NCBI GenBank assembly: GCA_963704165.1 | Contig: CAVPHD010000003.1 | Location: forward strand, 160,001 to 224,000 | Reading direction: 5' to 3' | Length of the DNA stretch: 64,000 nucleotides | Origin: an uncultured delta proteobacterium | GTDB lineage: Bacteria; Myxococcota_A; UBA9160; SZUA-336 | In this document: one piece after another, positions 1-11,026 of the stretch | Position numbering within the stretch: position 1 is the stretch's first letter | Layout: the number at the start of each line of letters is the position of its first letter | The notes under the pieces: model-generated | What the model was told of the DNA's origin: nothing | What the model saw: the letters and a program-made list of their open reading frames with translations, nothing else | The model's database searches: none | Position numbers and translations under genes: made by a program

Positions 1-1052
1 CTCGCGCGCGGTGCTCTTCCACGGCTACGTCGATCTCCGCACGCACGAGTACTTCCTCGCGCGCGACTATCCCGACATCGAGGTGCTCGAGCGGGTCTAC
101 CGGACGCTCGGCGCGAAGCCCGAGCCGCGCGCCGAGCTTCAGCGCGACCTGCGCATGGATCCCGACGAGCTCGAGCGCGTGCTCGAGAAGCTCTGGATCC
201 ACGGCGGCGCGATCGTCGATCCCGACGAGAACTCGGCCCGCGGACACGACCGTTGGCGCGAGCCGTACCAGGCGCAGCTCCGGCACAAGAAGACGCAGCT
301 CGACCAGATCCGCCGCTACGCCGAGAGCAACGCCTGCCGCATGCTGCAGCTCGTCCGGCACTTCGGCGACGAGGCGGACTCGGGCGCGGAGTGCGGAATC
401 TGCGACATCTGCGACGCCGGCAGCGCCGAGGCGCTCGGATTCGTCGCGCTCGACGCTGCGCAGGAATCCGCGCTGGAGCGGATCGTCGGCGCGCTTCGCG
501 CCCGCAACGGCCAACCCTCCGGAAAGCTACACCGCGAGGTGTTCGGTGACGCGCTCGAACGGCGCGAGTTCGGGCGGCTCGTCTCGGGGCTCGTGCGCGC
601 CGGCCTCGCGGTCGAGGAGAGCGAATCGTTCGAGCGCGATCTCGAGACGATCGCGTTCTCGCGGCTTCGCCTGACGCGGTCCGGGCTCGAAGCCGACGCC
701 GCGGCGCTCGCCTCCGTGCGGATCGAGCGCGAGAGCGAGCCGGAGCGTGCACCGCGCAAGCCGCGCGCGCGGGCAGGACCGCACACGCACACGCGCACGC
801 ACGAAGGTCCCGGCTGCGGACGCCGATCCGAGCATCGACGGCGCGCTGCTCGGCGCGCTGATGCGCTGGCGCGGCGCCGAAGCGAAGCGTCGGCGCATTC
901 CCGCGTTCCGCGTCATGACCAACGCCGCGCTCCAGGGCATCGCCTCGTCCCGGCCGAGCGACGAACGCGAGCTGCTCGCGGTGAAGGGCATCGGCCCCGC
1001 GCTCGCAGCCAAGTACGGTCCCGCCCTGCTCGACCTCGTGCGAGGCCGGTAG
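1..1052 (+). CDS. recQ: RecQ-family helicase, C-terminal part (Zn-binding RQC + HRDC); 5'-truncated by the window, +1 frameshift near 770-800
   Basis: ORF 11..1078 has CRMLQLVRHFGDE..CGICDIC (RecQ Zn module). ORF 747..1052 supplies the HRDC domain (LMRWRGAEAKRRRIPAFRVMTNAAL..VKGIGPALAAKYG). Confidence 0.85.
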
Positions 1053-1069
1053 TCCGGCCGGAAGGCCCG

Positions 1070-1972
1070 TCAGCGTGAGCCGCGCGCGACCGCCGCCTTG
1101 TGCGTGTGGCTCGAGATCGCATCGACGAGCTGCGGAAAGATCGGCCGCGGCATGTCGTGGCCCATGCCGGGAATCAGCAGCAGCTCCGCGCCCGGGATTG
1201 CGGCCGCGGTGTCGTGCCCTCCCTCGACGGGAACGAGCGGGTCGTCGCTGCCGTGGATGACGAGCGTCGGCGCGCGGACGCTGGCGAGTTTGGGAGCGCG
1301 ATTGCCGTGGGCGAGGATCGCGGCGAGCTGACGCGCCTGCCCTTCGGGGTGATTCGAGCGATCGTAGAGCGTCGCGCTGCGCGTGCGGATCAGCGCCTCG
1401 TCGAACGGGAAGCCGGGGCTGCCGATCTGCCGCCAGGTATTCACCGCCGCGTCGATGCTCGCCTCGCGGCCGACCGGCGGCGGCGTCATGAGCAACGCGA
1501 GGATCTCGGGTCGTGCGGGCGGGAGCGCGGGATTTCCGGTCGTGGACATGATCGAGACCAGGCTGCGCACCCGCGCGGGATGCCGGATCGCGACGGTCTG
1601 CACGATCATCCCGCCCATCGAGGCGCCGACGAAGTGGGCGTCGTCGAGGCCGAGCGCGTCGCAGAGTCCGATCGCGTCGTCGGCCATGTCGTCGAGCGTG
1701 TAGGGGACCGAGACGGCTTCTCCGCTCGCGGCCGCGGTCATCAGCGCGATCGGGTTGGGGACCCCGTGCGAGTCGAAATGCGACGAGAGGCCGATGTCGC
1801 GGTTGTCGAAGCGCACCACGAAGTGACCGCGGGCGGCGAGCGCTTCGCAGAACAGCTCGTCCCAGAGCAGCATCTGCCCGCCGAGCCCCATCACCAGGAG
1901 CAGCGGCTCGGCGCCGCGATCCCCGAAACTGTCGTACTCGATCCGGATCCCGTTCGCGTCGATGTTTGGCAT
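1070..1972 (-). CDS. alpha/beta-fold hydrolase
   Basis: [13 protein letters not shown] start; GASMGG nucleophile elbow; HGSDDPLV acid; GMGHD histidine. Confidence 0.9.
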   Translation of the reverse strand: MPNIDANGIRIEYDSFGDRGAEPLLLVMGLGGQMLLWDELFCEALAARGHFVVRFDNRDIGLSSHFDSHGVPNPIALMTAAASGEAVSVPYTLDDMADDAIGLCDALGLDDAHFVGASMGGMIVQTVAIRHPARVRSLVSIMSTTGNPALPPARPEILALLMTPPPVGREASIDAAVNTWRQIGSPGFPFDEALIRTRSATLYDRSNHPEGQARQLAAILAHGNRAPKLASVRAPTLVIHGSDDPLVPVEGGHDTAAAIPGAELLLIPGMGHDMPRPIFPQLVDAISSHTHKAAVARGSR

Positions 1973-2017
1973 GCGCGAAGTGTCCGCTCGCGCGCACCTC
2001 GGGGTCAAGCGGCAGTG

Positions 2018-2539
2018 CTAGAAGTCGCGCTCCATCACCGTGCGGCGTCCCTCGCGCATCGCGCTCTCGATCGCGTCGTCGCAGAGCCCGCGCAGCTTGT
2101 CGGAGAGGACCTCCATGACGGCGTCGGAGGTGCTCATGCCCGAGCGCTCGCGCACGTAGGATTTCAGCTTCGAGACCACGACCAGGACCTCGCGCTTCGG
2201 CTTGCTCGTGGCCGGTCGCGACGAGGGCACGATCCGGCGCTGCGGCTCGCGCACCGGCGCGGCTCCGGGCGCCGATGCCGGTGCCGACGCGCCCGCGGCC
2301 TCCTCCGCCTGCTCGCGGAGCCAGGCCTCGCGCGTCGGCGCGCGCCGCTCCTCGGCCCAGGCTTCGCGGTGGTTCATCAGCGGCAGATGGACGTCCCAAC
2401 ACGACGTCGAGCAGAACACGAGTCCCGTGCGCTTGCGGTTGCAGGTCGAGACGTTGCACACCCAGAAGGTCCTCGTGAAGCCGATCTCCTTCTTGCAACT
2501 GCTGCAGCGCCGCCAGAAGCTCGTACCCGCCTCACTCAT
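2018..2539 (-). CDS. Zinc-finger (ZZ-like) fused bacterial histone
   Basis: N-terminal CxxC..Cx4C..Cx3Cx3Hx5H; Ala/Pro linker; C-terminal [57 protein letters not shown] with the histone-fold R-T-V-x-x-x-D motif. Confidence 0.85.
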   Translation of the reverse strand: MSEAGTSFWRRCSSCKKEIGFTRTFWVCNVSTCNRKRTGLVFCSTSCWDVHLPLMNHREAWAEERRAPTREAWLREQAEEAAGASAPASAPGAAPVREPQRRIVPSSRPATSKPKREVLVVVSKLKSYVRERSGMSTSDAVMEVLSDKLRGLCDDAIESAMREGRRTVMERDF

Positions 2540-2683
2540 GCGTTCCCTCCGAAGTCCGCGCGATCCCGAGATGCCAGCATACTGCGATCGGCAGCACGCA
2601 CGCAGATCCGGCGCAGCTCTGGGTCATTCGTGCACGGGCGCGCGATCAAGTGCCATCCGCGGCGTTCCGATACCACTCGCGAC

Positions 2684-4000
2684 ATGATCGGGATCACCAT
2701 CGGAAGTTACGAGATCGCCGAGAAGATCGGCTCGGGTGGCGTCGCCGACGTCTACCGCGCCAGCGATCAGCTGCTCGGACGGAACGTCGCGATCAAATTC
2801 CTGCGCGAGGGTCTCGGCGATCGGCCCGAGGTCGTCGGGCGCTTCCAGACCGAAGCGCGGACGCTCGCCCAACTGATCCACCCCAACGTCGCGCTCTTGT
2901 ACTGCCTGCTTCGCGAAGGACCGCACCTGGGCATGGTGATGGAGTACGTCGAGGGACGGACGTTCGCGCAGCTGCTCGCAGCCTCCGGGCGCCTCGCGCC
3001 CGAACGCGCGCTGCCGCTCGTGCAGCAGGCGCTCGCGGGAATCGGTCATGCGCACGCGGCCGGCATCGTGCACCGCGACATCAAGACGTCCAACCTGATG
3101 CTCGCGACGAACGGCACGGTGAAGGTGATGGACTTCGGGATCGCGCGCTGTCTCGGCACGGATCGCGCGACGCGCCACGGTCACATGGTGGGGACGATGC
3201 AGTACATGTCGCCCGAGCAGGTACGCGGCGAGGAAACGGACGCACGCTCGGACGTGTACGCGCTCGGCGTCCTGCTCTACGAGCTGCTGAGCGGCGAGCT
3301 TCCCTTCGATTCGGACAACGACTACCAGCTCTGCCGGGCACAGATCGAGGAGCCGCCGCGGCCGCTGCGAATGCTCGTTCCGGACCTACCGGACTCGCTC
3401 GAAGCGGTGGTGGCGCGAGCGCTCGCGAAGGATCCGGCCGATCGGTTCGCCAGCGTGCACGAACTCGGCGATGCGCTTCAGAGCTCTTCTCGCCGCACCG
3501 CGGAGGCCCGCCTCACCGTCGATCGCGAAGCTCCCGTCACGCGCGAGCTCGCACTCGAGCAGGCCGAGCAGATCGCGCTCGCGGGCACGCGCTCCTTCAC
3601 GCCCACGGGCTCTTCACCCGCTCCGCGCAAGTCGACGGTCCGTGGCGCCGCAAACGTCCCCACCGATGTGGCGCCCGTCGAGGCCGAAACGGTCGTCGTG
3701 CCCGCGCCGCGCGCGTCTCGCCGCGGCAGGCTCGCCATCGTCGCCTGCGCGCTGATCGCGCTCGCGGTCGTGATCGGGGTGAATCTCGTGGGGCTCGAGG
3801 AGCGATCCGAGCCCACGCCGTCGATCGAGATTCGCGCTTCCGAGGCTGCGCCGGTGGGGCCGCCGATCGCGGTGCCACCGGCACTTCAGTCGGCAACGCC
3901 GAAGGCCGCTAGGTCTCTAGCTCCCAAGCCGACGGCCGCGGCCACGCAGACGCAGGAAGAGCCGCCAGGAGAAGCCAGTTGGGTCATCCGAAGGCGCTGA
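2684..4000 (+). CDS. Hanks-type Ser/Thr protein kinase with C-terminal TM segment
   Basis: [44 protein letters not shown]; hydrophobic [17 protein letters not shown]. Confidence 0.95.
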   Translation: MIGITIGSYEIAEKIGSGGVADVYRASDQLLGRNVAIKFLREGLGDRPEVVGRFQTEARTLAQLIHPNVALLYCLLREGPHLGMVMEYVEGRTFAQLLAASGRLAPERALPLVQQALAGIGHAHAAGIVHRDIKTSNLMLATNGTVKVMDFGIARCLGTDRATRHGHMVGTMQYMSPEQVRGEETDARSDVYALGVLLYELLSGELPFDSDNDYQLCRAQIEEPPRPLRMLVPDLPDSLEAVVARALAKDPADRFASVHELGDALQSSSRRTAEARLTVDREAPVTRELALEQAEQIALAGTRSFTPTGSSPAPRKSTVRGAANVPTDVAPVEAETVVVPAPRASRRGRLAIVACALIALAVVIGVNLVGLEERSEPTPSIEIRASEAAPVGPPIAVPPALQSATPKAARSLAPKPTAAATQTQEEPPGEASWVIRRR

Positions 4001-4479
4001 TCTCGGTTCTGGTCGCGCTCTCGTGCGCGGCCTGCGCGTCCCTCCCCGCTCCGCTCGACCGTCCGTTCCGCGCACCGGGCCAGAAGCTCGCCGACTTTCC
4101 CGAATCGGTGGCAGAGGAGTTCCTCTGCGCCGAGCAGACGCTTCCCTGGTTCAAGCTCGAGAAGGTCGAGATCTGGCCCAAGCGCGTGCGACCGGGCGGC
4201 GAAGTGGGTCACCGAATGGTGTACGTGCTCTGCACCGCCGGTCCGACCGAGGTCGTGACCGGCCGCCTCGAGATGAGAATCCTGTACCGGGGGAAACCGA
4301 TCGGCGGTGTCCCGGAGCCGACCTACGATCTGCGGCCGGGGCGCTGGGTCGTCGACGTGTTCGTCGCCGTTCCGCCCGAGGCGATCGACGGGCTCTACGC
4401 GCTCGAACTCGACTTCGAGAGCAGCGCCGTGAAATTCGCCGAGAGCGAGACTTTTGCCGTCGAGGCGGCCGCCAAGTAG
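3979..4479 (+). CDS. hypothetical lipoprotein
   Basis: hydrophobic signal plus lipobox-like CAAC; overlaps the end of the kinase gene. Confidence 0.65.
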   Translation: MGHPKALISVLVALSCAACASLPAPLDRPFRAPGQKLADFPESVAEEFLCAEQTLPWFKLEKVEIWPKRVRPGGEVGHRMVYVLCTAGPTEVVTGRLEMRILYRGKPIGGVPEPTYDLRPGRWVVDVFVAVPPEAIDGLYALELDFESSAVKFAESETFAVEAAAK

Positions 4480-4492
4480 CCGCCGCGCGCGC

Positions 4493-5230
4493 TCAGAGCT
4501 TCTCGGGCAGTTCGAAGGTCGCGTGCATGTGCTCGGTGAAGGTCGTGAACAGTGCCCGCCGGGGCAGGCCGAGCACCCGCAGCTCGTTCGCCAGTGGGTG
4601 ACTGCCGAGCACGAGCTCCGCTCCGCCGAGCCGCATCGCGAATCCCTCGCCACCCATCCTCGCGCGTGTGCGATGCGGCACGCCGTGCAGGTAGGTGTAC
4701 GAGATCAGCTCGCGCTCGGGCATACGGCCGGTTCCGCCGCGCGGAAAGCCGATCGTCAGCGCGTGCTCGCCGTCGACGTCGAGCCGGCAGGAATAGCGCT
4801 CGGCGCTCGCTTCGATCGCGATCCGCTCGACCGTCTTCGGAAAGCCCCAGATCGCCTTGCCGGCCTCGCAGGTGAAGCTCTGATTCACCGGCAGACGGTG
4901 GATGTACGTTCCGAGCTTTCCGCGCAGGAATTCGACGAGCGTGGAGACGACGGGCCAGCCGGGTCCGGCACCTCGCGGCCGGACGAAGAACGCGATCGAG
5001 ACCTCGTCGTAGTCGCCGAGGTCGTTGTCCCGGTAGTCGATCGCGGCGATCGAGAGCAGCGCGCGCCCCGGCAGAAGCTCTGCGACCTCGAATGCGCCAT
5101 CGGGGATCAGACGCCGGGCCGCCGCGCTCGAGACCAGAAACGTGGCCGATGCATTGGTGGCGTCGCGCACGACGACCGGGAGCGTCACGGCTCGGCCCCC
5201 GATCTCGAAGCGCGCGGCTTCCGGAGTCAA
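4493..5230 (-). CDS. acetoacetate decarboxylase-like family protein
   Basis: DYRDNDLGDYDEV, LPVNQSFTCEAGKAIWGFPK (Schiff-base Lys motif); 4-nt overlap with the upstream gene. Confidence 0.8.
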   Translation of the reverse strand: MTPEAARFEIGGRAVTLPVVVRDATNASATFLVSSAAARRLIPDGAFEVAELLPGRALLSIAAIDYRDNDLGDYDEVSIAFFVRPRGAGPGWPVVSTLVEFLRGKLGTYIHRLPVNQSFTCEAGKAIWGFPKTVERIAIEASAERYSCRLDVDGEHALTIGFPRGGTGRMPERELISYTYLHGVPHRTRARMGGEGFAMRLGGAELVLGSHPLANELRVLGLPRRALFTTFTEHMHATFELPEKL

Positions 5231-6691
5231 CCGGCCGACTTCTGCGCGCCGTTGCGATCCCCGGCGACGACGAGCGTCGGACGGGCGACGGCCAGGCTCA
5301 TGAGTTCGTCGAACGACGCCTCGATCGCGCCTACGAATTCACGCAGATCGGGCACGAGATCGTAGTCGGCGTTGAAGCCCCAGCAGAGCTTTCCGTTGTA
5401 GCTCATCAGCGCGATGCCGAGGCCGAGCCGATCGGTGAGCGGAACGTTCGGGAAGCACTCGAGCATCTCGGCTCCGAGCATGTACATCGGCGCCTGTGGA
5501 CCCGGGACGTTGGTGACCACGAGATTGAAGGGCAAGAGCCGCGTCATGTTGCGTGCGCCGAGCGCGAGCAGCGTCGATGGCGTGTATTCGGCCGCCTGCG
5601 TGAGCACCTCTGCGCCGACCGCGCTCTTGGACTCCTTGAGCCAGGTGGTGCGCTCGGAGATCTGCTCGAGCTGAACCCGCCGGTCCACCTGCCCGACGGG
5701 CAGCGGCACGATCCACGCCGATACGCGATTGCCCAGCGCCCCGTGCTCATTCTCGGTTCGCACCGAGACGGGCGCCATCACCCGGAAGTCGAGCTTGTCG
5801 GGGTTCACGTGCCGCGCGCGCAGGAAGTTGCGCACCGCGCCGGTCACGATCGTCAGCACGATGTCGTTCAACGAACCACCGAGCGCCTTGCGAAGCTTCT
5901 TGATGTCCGCGAGATCCATCGTCAGCCAGTCGAAGCGGCGATGCGGACCGATCTCGCGATTGAACGGCGTTTCGGACGGCAGCCGCAGGCTCCCGCCCAT
6001 CGCCTCGGTGAGCGCGCGAATTCGCGTCAGCAGGTCGAATCGAATGCTCTGCGCCGTGCGGATCGCGCTCGTCGCACCGCGCAGGATCTCGAACGGCAGA
6101 CGTGCGCGGCGCAGAAGCTCGTGACGCATGAGCTCGAAGCCCGAGGGCGCCGGGCGCGGAACCCAGCTCGGCTCGTCGGGCGTGCGCGTGTCGGGCTCGG
6201 GAGACATCAGGACGCGCATGATGTCGACGCCCGATGCGCCGTCGATCATGCAGTGGTGCGTCTTCGAGATGATCGCGAAGCGGTCGTCCTCGAGTCCCTC
6301 GACGATCCACATTTCCCAGAGCGGGCGACTGCGGTCGAGATGCTGTTGGAGGATGCGCGCGGACAGGCGCTTCAGCTGCTCGTCGGTGCCCGGGCGCGGA
6401 AGTCCCGGTGTGACGCAGGTGGAAGTCGAGATTGAAGTTGTCGTCGTCGACCCAGACCGGCTGGTTCTCGAACGGGATCCAGGCGAGCTTCTGCCGGTAG
6501 CGGGGAATTCTGTGCAGGAGCGAAGCGAGCAGCTTGCGAATCCGCGCGGCATCGACACCGCCGCCCTCGGTGCGCAGAGGCCCGGTCTTGTGGATCTGCG
6601 TCGCACCCACGTGCATGTACGAGCTGGGCTTCTCGAGCAGCAGGAACGAGTTGTCGAGGGCGGTGAGTCGATCGTAGGCGTAACGGGGCAT
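5227..6691 (-). CDS. wax ester synthase/diacylglycerol acyltransferase (WS/DGAT); +1 frameshift near 6405
   Basis: MPRYAYDRLTALDNSFL..MHVG in ORF 5747..6871; LDRSRPLWE, HHCMIDG catalytic motif and VTNVPGP in ORF 5227..7986. Confidence 0.9.
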
Positions 6692-6770
6692 TCGGGGAGC
6701 TCGCTTTCGTCGGTTGTCTCGGCCCCTCGAATAGTCGGCAGGCCGCGGCTTGTCAATGAATTCCGCGCGT

Positions 6771-9700
6771 TCAGGCGTCGGGTGCCGATTCCTCGAGCCG
6801 GTCGAGCAAGAGACGCGCGGCGCGTCCCGCGTAGTGGTCGAGGCCGAGCGGACGCAAGCGCGCGATCGCAAGCTTCGCGTGCGCGACTTTGGCCCCCTCG
6901 TCGCCCCGCATTCGGGCGACCTCGGCCAGGCCGAGGTGCGCGCGCCCTTCCACCTGGGCGAGGCCGCAGGACTTCGCGCGCGCGGCCGCGTCCGCGAAAT
7001 GACGCTCGGCGGTATCGAGATGTTGCAGACCGGACGCGAGCGCGACCAACCCGAGCGACAACGCGGCCTTCGCCTCGCGGAGCCGTCCGCCCGCTCGAGC
7101 CACGCGCGCCTCGGCCAGACGGCGAGCGCGCGCGACCTCGGAGTGCTCGAGGAGCGCTTCGACGATCGCCTCGGAGCCGGAGCCGAGATCCCCGTTCGAG
7201 AGCAACCCGCGCTCGAGCCGATCGATCTCGGCGCTGCTGACGCCCGTCGGGCCCCGCTGCGCGCGAACCAGGAGAAGAGTCGCCGCGGCGGATCTCCGAG
7301 AGGCGAGGCTCTCGATCGCCTCGGCGATCGGCAAGGCGACCTTCGCCCAGCGCTCCGCTTCGTCGTACGCGCCGCGAGCGAATGCGATCGACGCGAGCAT
7401 CGAAGCCGACGCGGCCTTCACCGTGCGGTTCGCGAAGCGGTCCGCGAGCGCGAACGATTCCGCGATCCACGACGCGGCGGTCTCGTAATCGCCGCTGTCG
7501 AGGAGCAGCCGGGCGCGGAAGAAACGTGCACCCATGTACGGCTCGGTTCCGCGCGATGCGTCGCCGTTGCGCTCGAACTCCGCGAGGATGCCGTCGACCA
7601 GGCGGCCCGCCTCTTCGAAGCGCGCGTCGAGGACGTAGGCGAAGACCAGCCCGCGCACCGCGCGCACGATCGAGAGCGCCGAGCCCGAGCGACGCGCGAT
7701 CTCGACGCTCTCCTCGACCATGGCGATCCCCTCGGCGAAGTGCTCCTGAGGGCCGTTCAAGGTCAGCAGGCCATAGGCCGCCAGCAGGTTCGAGTGCAGC
7801 TCGAGATCGCCGACCTCCTCGGCGAGTTCGATGCCGCGCTGCGCCGCGCGTCGATCCGCGTCGGACTCCGAGTCCCCGTAGACCGCTGCCGCGGTACAGA
7901 TCCCCACCGCAGCTTCGAGAGCGATGCGCTTCAGCGTCTGCGCCGGAGTCCGCGTCTCGTCGAGCACTCCCTCCGCGAGAAGCCACGCCTCGCGATAGAG
8001 CCGCATCGCGTCGCCGTACGAAGGGAGCGCCTGTGCCTGCTGAGCGGCCGCCAAGAGCGCGCGGATCCCCCGCGTGCGGTCGTCGCCTCGGGCGAGATGG
8101 TGAGCGGCGAGCGCGAGCCGACCCCGAGCGTCACCGAACTGCGTCGAGTCGCGACTCTCCGCTTCGAGCACTTCCGCAGCGCGATCGTGGAGCGACCGGC
8201 GTTCGCGCAGGAGCAGGCCCTCGTACGCGACCTCCTGCGTCAGGCTCTCGCCGAAGCGAAGCTCGTCCTCGGCCATGCCCCCGCTGCGGTGCAGCACGCC
8301 GCGCCGCTCGAGCTCTTCGAGCTCGGAATCGACGTCGATCGGCTCCTCCGCGAGGAGCACCGCGAGATGTCGTCGCCTGAACTGCCGGCCGAGCACGGCG
8401 GCGACCTGCGCGACGCGCTTCGCGCCCGGCCGGAGCCGATCGATCCGCGCGCCGAGGACCTCCCCGATCGTATCGGGAATGCGGATCTCCTCGGAGCTCC
8501 GCGTCGCCAGGACCCGCCCGTCGCTCGCGACGAGCGTGCCGTCCTCGACCAAGGTGCGCGTCAGCTCCTCGAGATAGAAGGGATTCCCGTCGGCCTTGCG
8601 CAGGATGCGCTCCTCGACCTCGCGGGGGGCGGGGCCGCCGGCACGCGCGCGCACGATGCGAAGCGCATCCGCCTCACCGAGCGGGCGAAGCCGCAGCTGC
8701 GTGAACGCGCCGTTCGGCTGCCAGCTCGGTTGGTGGTCGGGGCGGTAGGTCGTCACGATCATCAAGCGCGCGCTGCCGGTGCGCGCGACGGCCATCTCCA
8801 GGATGCGGCGAGACGCGTCGTCGAGCCAGTGGAGATCTTCGATGATCATCACCACCGGTGCGCGGAGCGAGGTGCGCGCGATCAACCGCGAGACCGCGTC
8901 GAATCCGCGCAGCTGCGCAGGATCGCTCTCGTCGGCCTGCCTTTCCTCGACGGGGATCGAGAGCAACCAGCACAGGTCGCTGTAGCCCTCGTCCCGAGTC
9001 CCGTCCTCGCCGCTCAATCGCTTCGAGATCTTCTCGCAGGCGCAGCGCTCGTCGTCGGCCGGAGTCACGTCGAACCAGCGCCTCAGCATCGCCGCCCACG
9101 GCGCGTACGGCACCGAGCGCGTCAGCGACGAACAACGCGTTTCGAGCAGCTCGAGCTCCCTTCCCTCGAGCCGCTTCCTGAACTCGTGCACGAGGCGCGA
9201 TTTTCCGATTCCGGCGTCGCCCACGATGGAGACGACCTGCGCGAGCCCGCCTTCGAGGCGATCGAAGCACGCCTCGAGCTGCGCGAGCTCCGCCTCGCGG
9301 CCGACGAACGGGGTCAGCTCGCCGCGCTCGCCGCTGAAAGAGGGGGCCCGCTCGGCCAGGCCATCGACCTGGTGCGCGGTCACGGGCTCGCTCCTTCCCT
9401 TCACGTCGAAGGGCCCGACCGGCGAGGTGCCGAACCGGCCGTGCAGGAGCGCACGCGTCGCGTCCGAGATCACGATCGTGCCGGGCGCGGCAATCGACTG
9501 AAGTCGCGCGGCGAGGTTGGTCGTGTCCCCGATCGCGGTGTAGTCCATCTTCAGGTCGTTGCCGACGGTACCCGCGACGACGATCCCGGTGTGGATGCCG
9601 ATGCGCGCGCGCAGCGCGACGCCGCGTTCCGCGAGCAGCCGCTTCGAGAGCTCGCCGAGCGACGATTGGATCGCGAGCGCCGCGCGCACGGCGCGCTCCG

Positions 9701-10193
9701 GAGCGTCCTCGTGCGCGATCGGCGCGCCGAACAGCGCCATGAACCCATCGCCTGCGAGCTGATTGACGATTCCCTCGAAGCGGTAGATCTCGGCGAGGAC
9801 GAGCTCGAGATAGCGATCGAGCAGCTCGCGGTAGACCTCGGGATCGAGGTTCTCGGCGATCGCGGTCGAGCCGACCAGATCACAGAAGAAGACCGTCGCT
9901 CGCTTTCGCTCCCCCGCCACCGCACCCGACGACCGGATTCTCGACGCGAGCGTCTCTGGAATGTGTCGCGCGATTCGCGCGAGCTGCTCGTCGATCGGAG
10001 CCGTCGGCTCGCTCGTGTTCGGGCTCGAAGGTACGGACGCGTCGCCCTGCGCGCGCCCGCACTCGGGGCAGAACCGCCAGGTGGGCTCCAGCCGGGTGCC
10101 GCACTCCGAGCACGCGGCTGGGACCGGCGCTCCGCAGGCGTGACAGAACTTCTTTCCGGGCAGGAGCTCGGTCCCGCACTGCGCACAGGGCAT
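6771..10193 (-). CDS. double Zn-ribbon / class III adenylate-guanylate cyclase / AAA (STAND) ATPase / TPR-like protein
   Basis: four CxxC; TVFFCDLVGST, GDGFMALFGAP, IGDTTNLAARLQ; Walker A GDAGIGKS; IEDLHWLD; helical C-terminus. Confidence 0.9.
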   Translation of the reverse strand: MPCAQCGTELLPGKKFCHACGAPVPAACSECGTRLEPTWRFCPECGRAQGDASVPSSPNTSEPTAPIDEQLARIARHIPETLASRIRSSGAVAGERKRATVFFCDLVGSTAIAENLDPEVYRELLDRYLELVLAEIYRFEGIVNQLAGDGFMALFGAPIAHEDAPERAVRAALAIQSSLGELSKRLLAERGVALRARIGIHTGIVVAGTVGNDLKMDYTAIGDTTNLAARLQSIAAPGTIVISDATRALLHGRFGTSPVGPFDVKGRSEPVTAHQVDGLAERAPSFSGERGELTPFVGREAELAQLEACFDRLEGGLAQVVSIVGDAGIGKSRLVHEFRKRLEGRELELLETRCSSLTRSVPYAPWAAMLRRWFDVTPADDERCACEKISKRLSGEDGTRDEGYSDLCWLLSIPVEERQADESDPAQLRGFDAVSRLIARTSLRAPVVMIIEDLHWLDDASRRILEMAVARTGSARLMIVTTYRPDHQPSWQPNGAFTQLRLRPLGEADALRIVRARAGGPAPREVEERILRKADGNPFYLEELTRTLVEDGTLVASDGRVLATRSSEEIRIPDTIGEVLGARIDRLRPGAKRVAQVAAVLGRQFRRRHLAVLLAEEPIDVDSELEELERRGVLHRSGGMAEDELRFGESLTQEVAYEGLLLRERRSLHDRAAEVLEAESRDSTQFGDARGRLALAAHHLARGDDRTRGIRALLAAAQQAQALPSYGDAMRLYREAWLLAEGVLDETRTPAQTLKRIALEAAVGICTAAAVYGDSESDADRRAAQRGIELAEEVGDLELHSNLLAAYGLLTLNGPQEHFAEGIAMVEESVEIARRSGSALSIVRAVRGLVFAYVLDARFEEAGRLVDGILAEFERNGDASRGTEPYMGARFFRARLLLDSGDYETAASWIAESFALADRFANRTVKAASASMLASIAFARGAYDEAERWAKVALPIAEAIESLASRRSAAATLLLVRAQRGPTGVSSAEIDRLERGLLSNGDLGSGSEAIVEALLEHSEVARARRLAEARVARAGGRLREAKAALSLGLVALASGLQHLDTAERHFADAAARAKSCGLAQVEGRAHLGLAEVARMRGDEGAKVAHAKLAIARLRPLGLDHYAGRAARLLLDRLEESAPDA

Positions 10194-10246
10194 CCACTCA
10201 CCTTCGGCCGGTCGTCCCGACCCGTCAAGCAACGTTCTTGGCTACG

Positions 10247-11026
10247 ATGCCGGGCACCGTGAAGCTGGTTACCTGGAACGTGAACTCGATCCGGCAGCGC
10301 TTCGAGCGGCTCGTCACGCTGCTCGAGCGCCACTCACCCGACGTGGTGTGTCTGCAGGAGACGAAGGTGACCGACACCGACTTCCCGGCCGATGCTCTGC
10401 GCAAAGCGGGCTACGCGAGCGTCTTCGCGGGACAGAAATCGTACAACGGGGTGGCGATCCTCGCGAAGAGCGCGCCGGCCGACGTCCGCTCGGGCTTTCG
10501 CGACGGCGGCGACGACGAGCAGGCTCGCTTGATCGCGGCGACGATCTCCGACGTGCGCGTGATCTGCGCCTACGTGCCCAACGGCCAGGCGGTGGGAACC
10601 GAGAAGTACGCCTACAAGCTCGAGTGGCTCGAGCGCCTGAGAAAGCTGCTCGAACGCGAGGCCGACCCCGCGCGACCGCTCGCGGTGGTCGGCGACTTCA
10701 ACGTCGCGCCGACCGACGCGGACGTGCACGATCCCGAGGCCTGGCGTGGACAGGTGCTCTGCTCGGAGCCCGAACGTGCGGCCTTGGCGCGCCTGCTCGA
10801 CTGGGGGCTCGTCGATGCGTTCCGCGAGCGCTACCCCGAGCGTGTCGCCTTCACCTGGTGGGACTACCGTCAGCTGGGGTTTCCGAAGAACCGCGGTCTG
10901 CGCATCGATCACGTCTTGATCACGCGACCGCTCGTGACCCGATTGGAGGACATCGTGATCGATCGAGAGGAACGAAAGGGCAAGGGCGCGAGCGACCACG
11001 CTCCTGTGCTGGCGGTGCTGCGATGA
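10247..11026 (+). CDS. xth: exodeoxyribonuclease III
   Basis: TWNVNSIR, CLQETK, YVPNG, GDFNVAP, FTWWDYR, GLRIDH, SDHAPV. Confidence 0.97.
   Translation: MPGTVKLVTWNVNSIRQRFERLVTLLERHSPDVVCLQETKVTDTDFPADALRKAGYASVFAGQKSYNGVAILAKSAPADVRSGFRDGGDDEQARLIAATISDVRVICAYVPNGQAVGTEKYAYKLEWLERLRKLLEREADPARPLAVVGDFNVAPTDADVHDPEAWRGQVLCSEPERAALARLLDWGLVDAFRERYPERVAFTWWDYRQLGFPKNRGLRIDHVLITRPLVTRLEDIVIDREERKGKGASDHAPVLAVLR

Noticed and set aside
765..803. GCAC/GCGC low-complexity tract as a phase-variable repeat
   Set aside because: Imperfect; encodes an Arg/Thr/Ala linker before the HRDC domain; the indel fits the error pattern
1100..2683. N-terminal 528-aa extension of the kinase ORF
   Set aside because: Overlaps two real minus-strand genes; the kinase domain starts at ATG 2684
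6750..10262. Very long alternative ORFs (e.g. 6750..10262 +, 22853..25849 -, 39039..41792 +, 60980..63760 +)
   Set aside because: Antisense shadows of genuine genes; expected from stop-codon scarcity at high GC; no motifs
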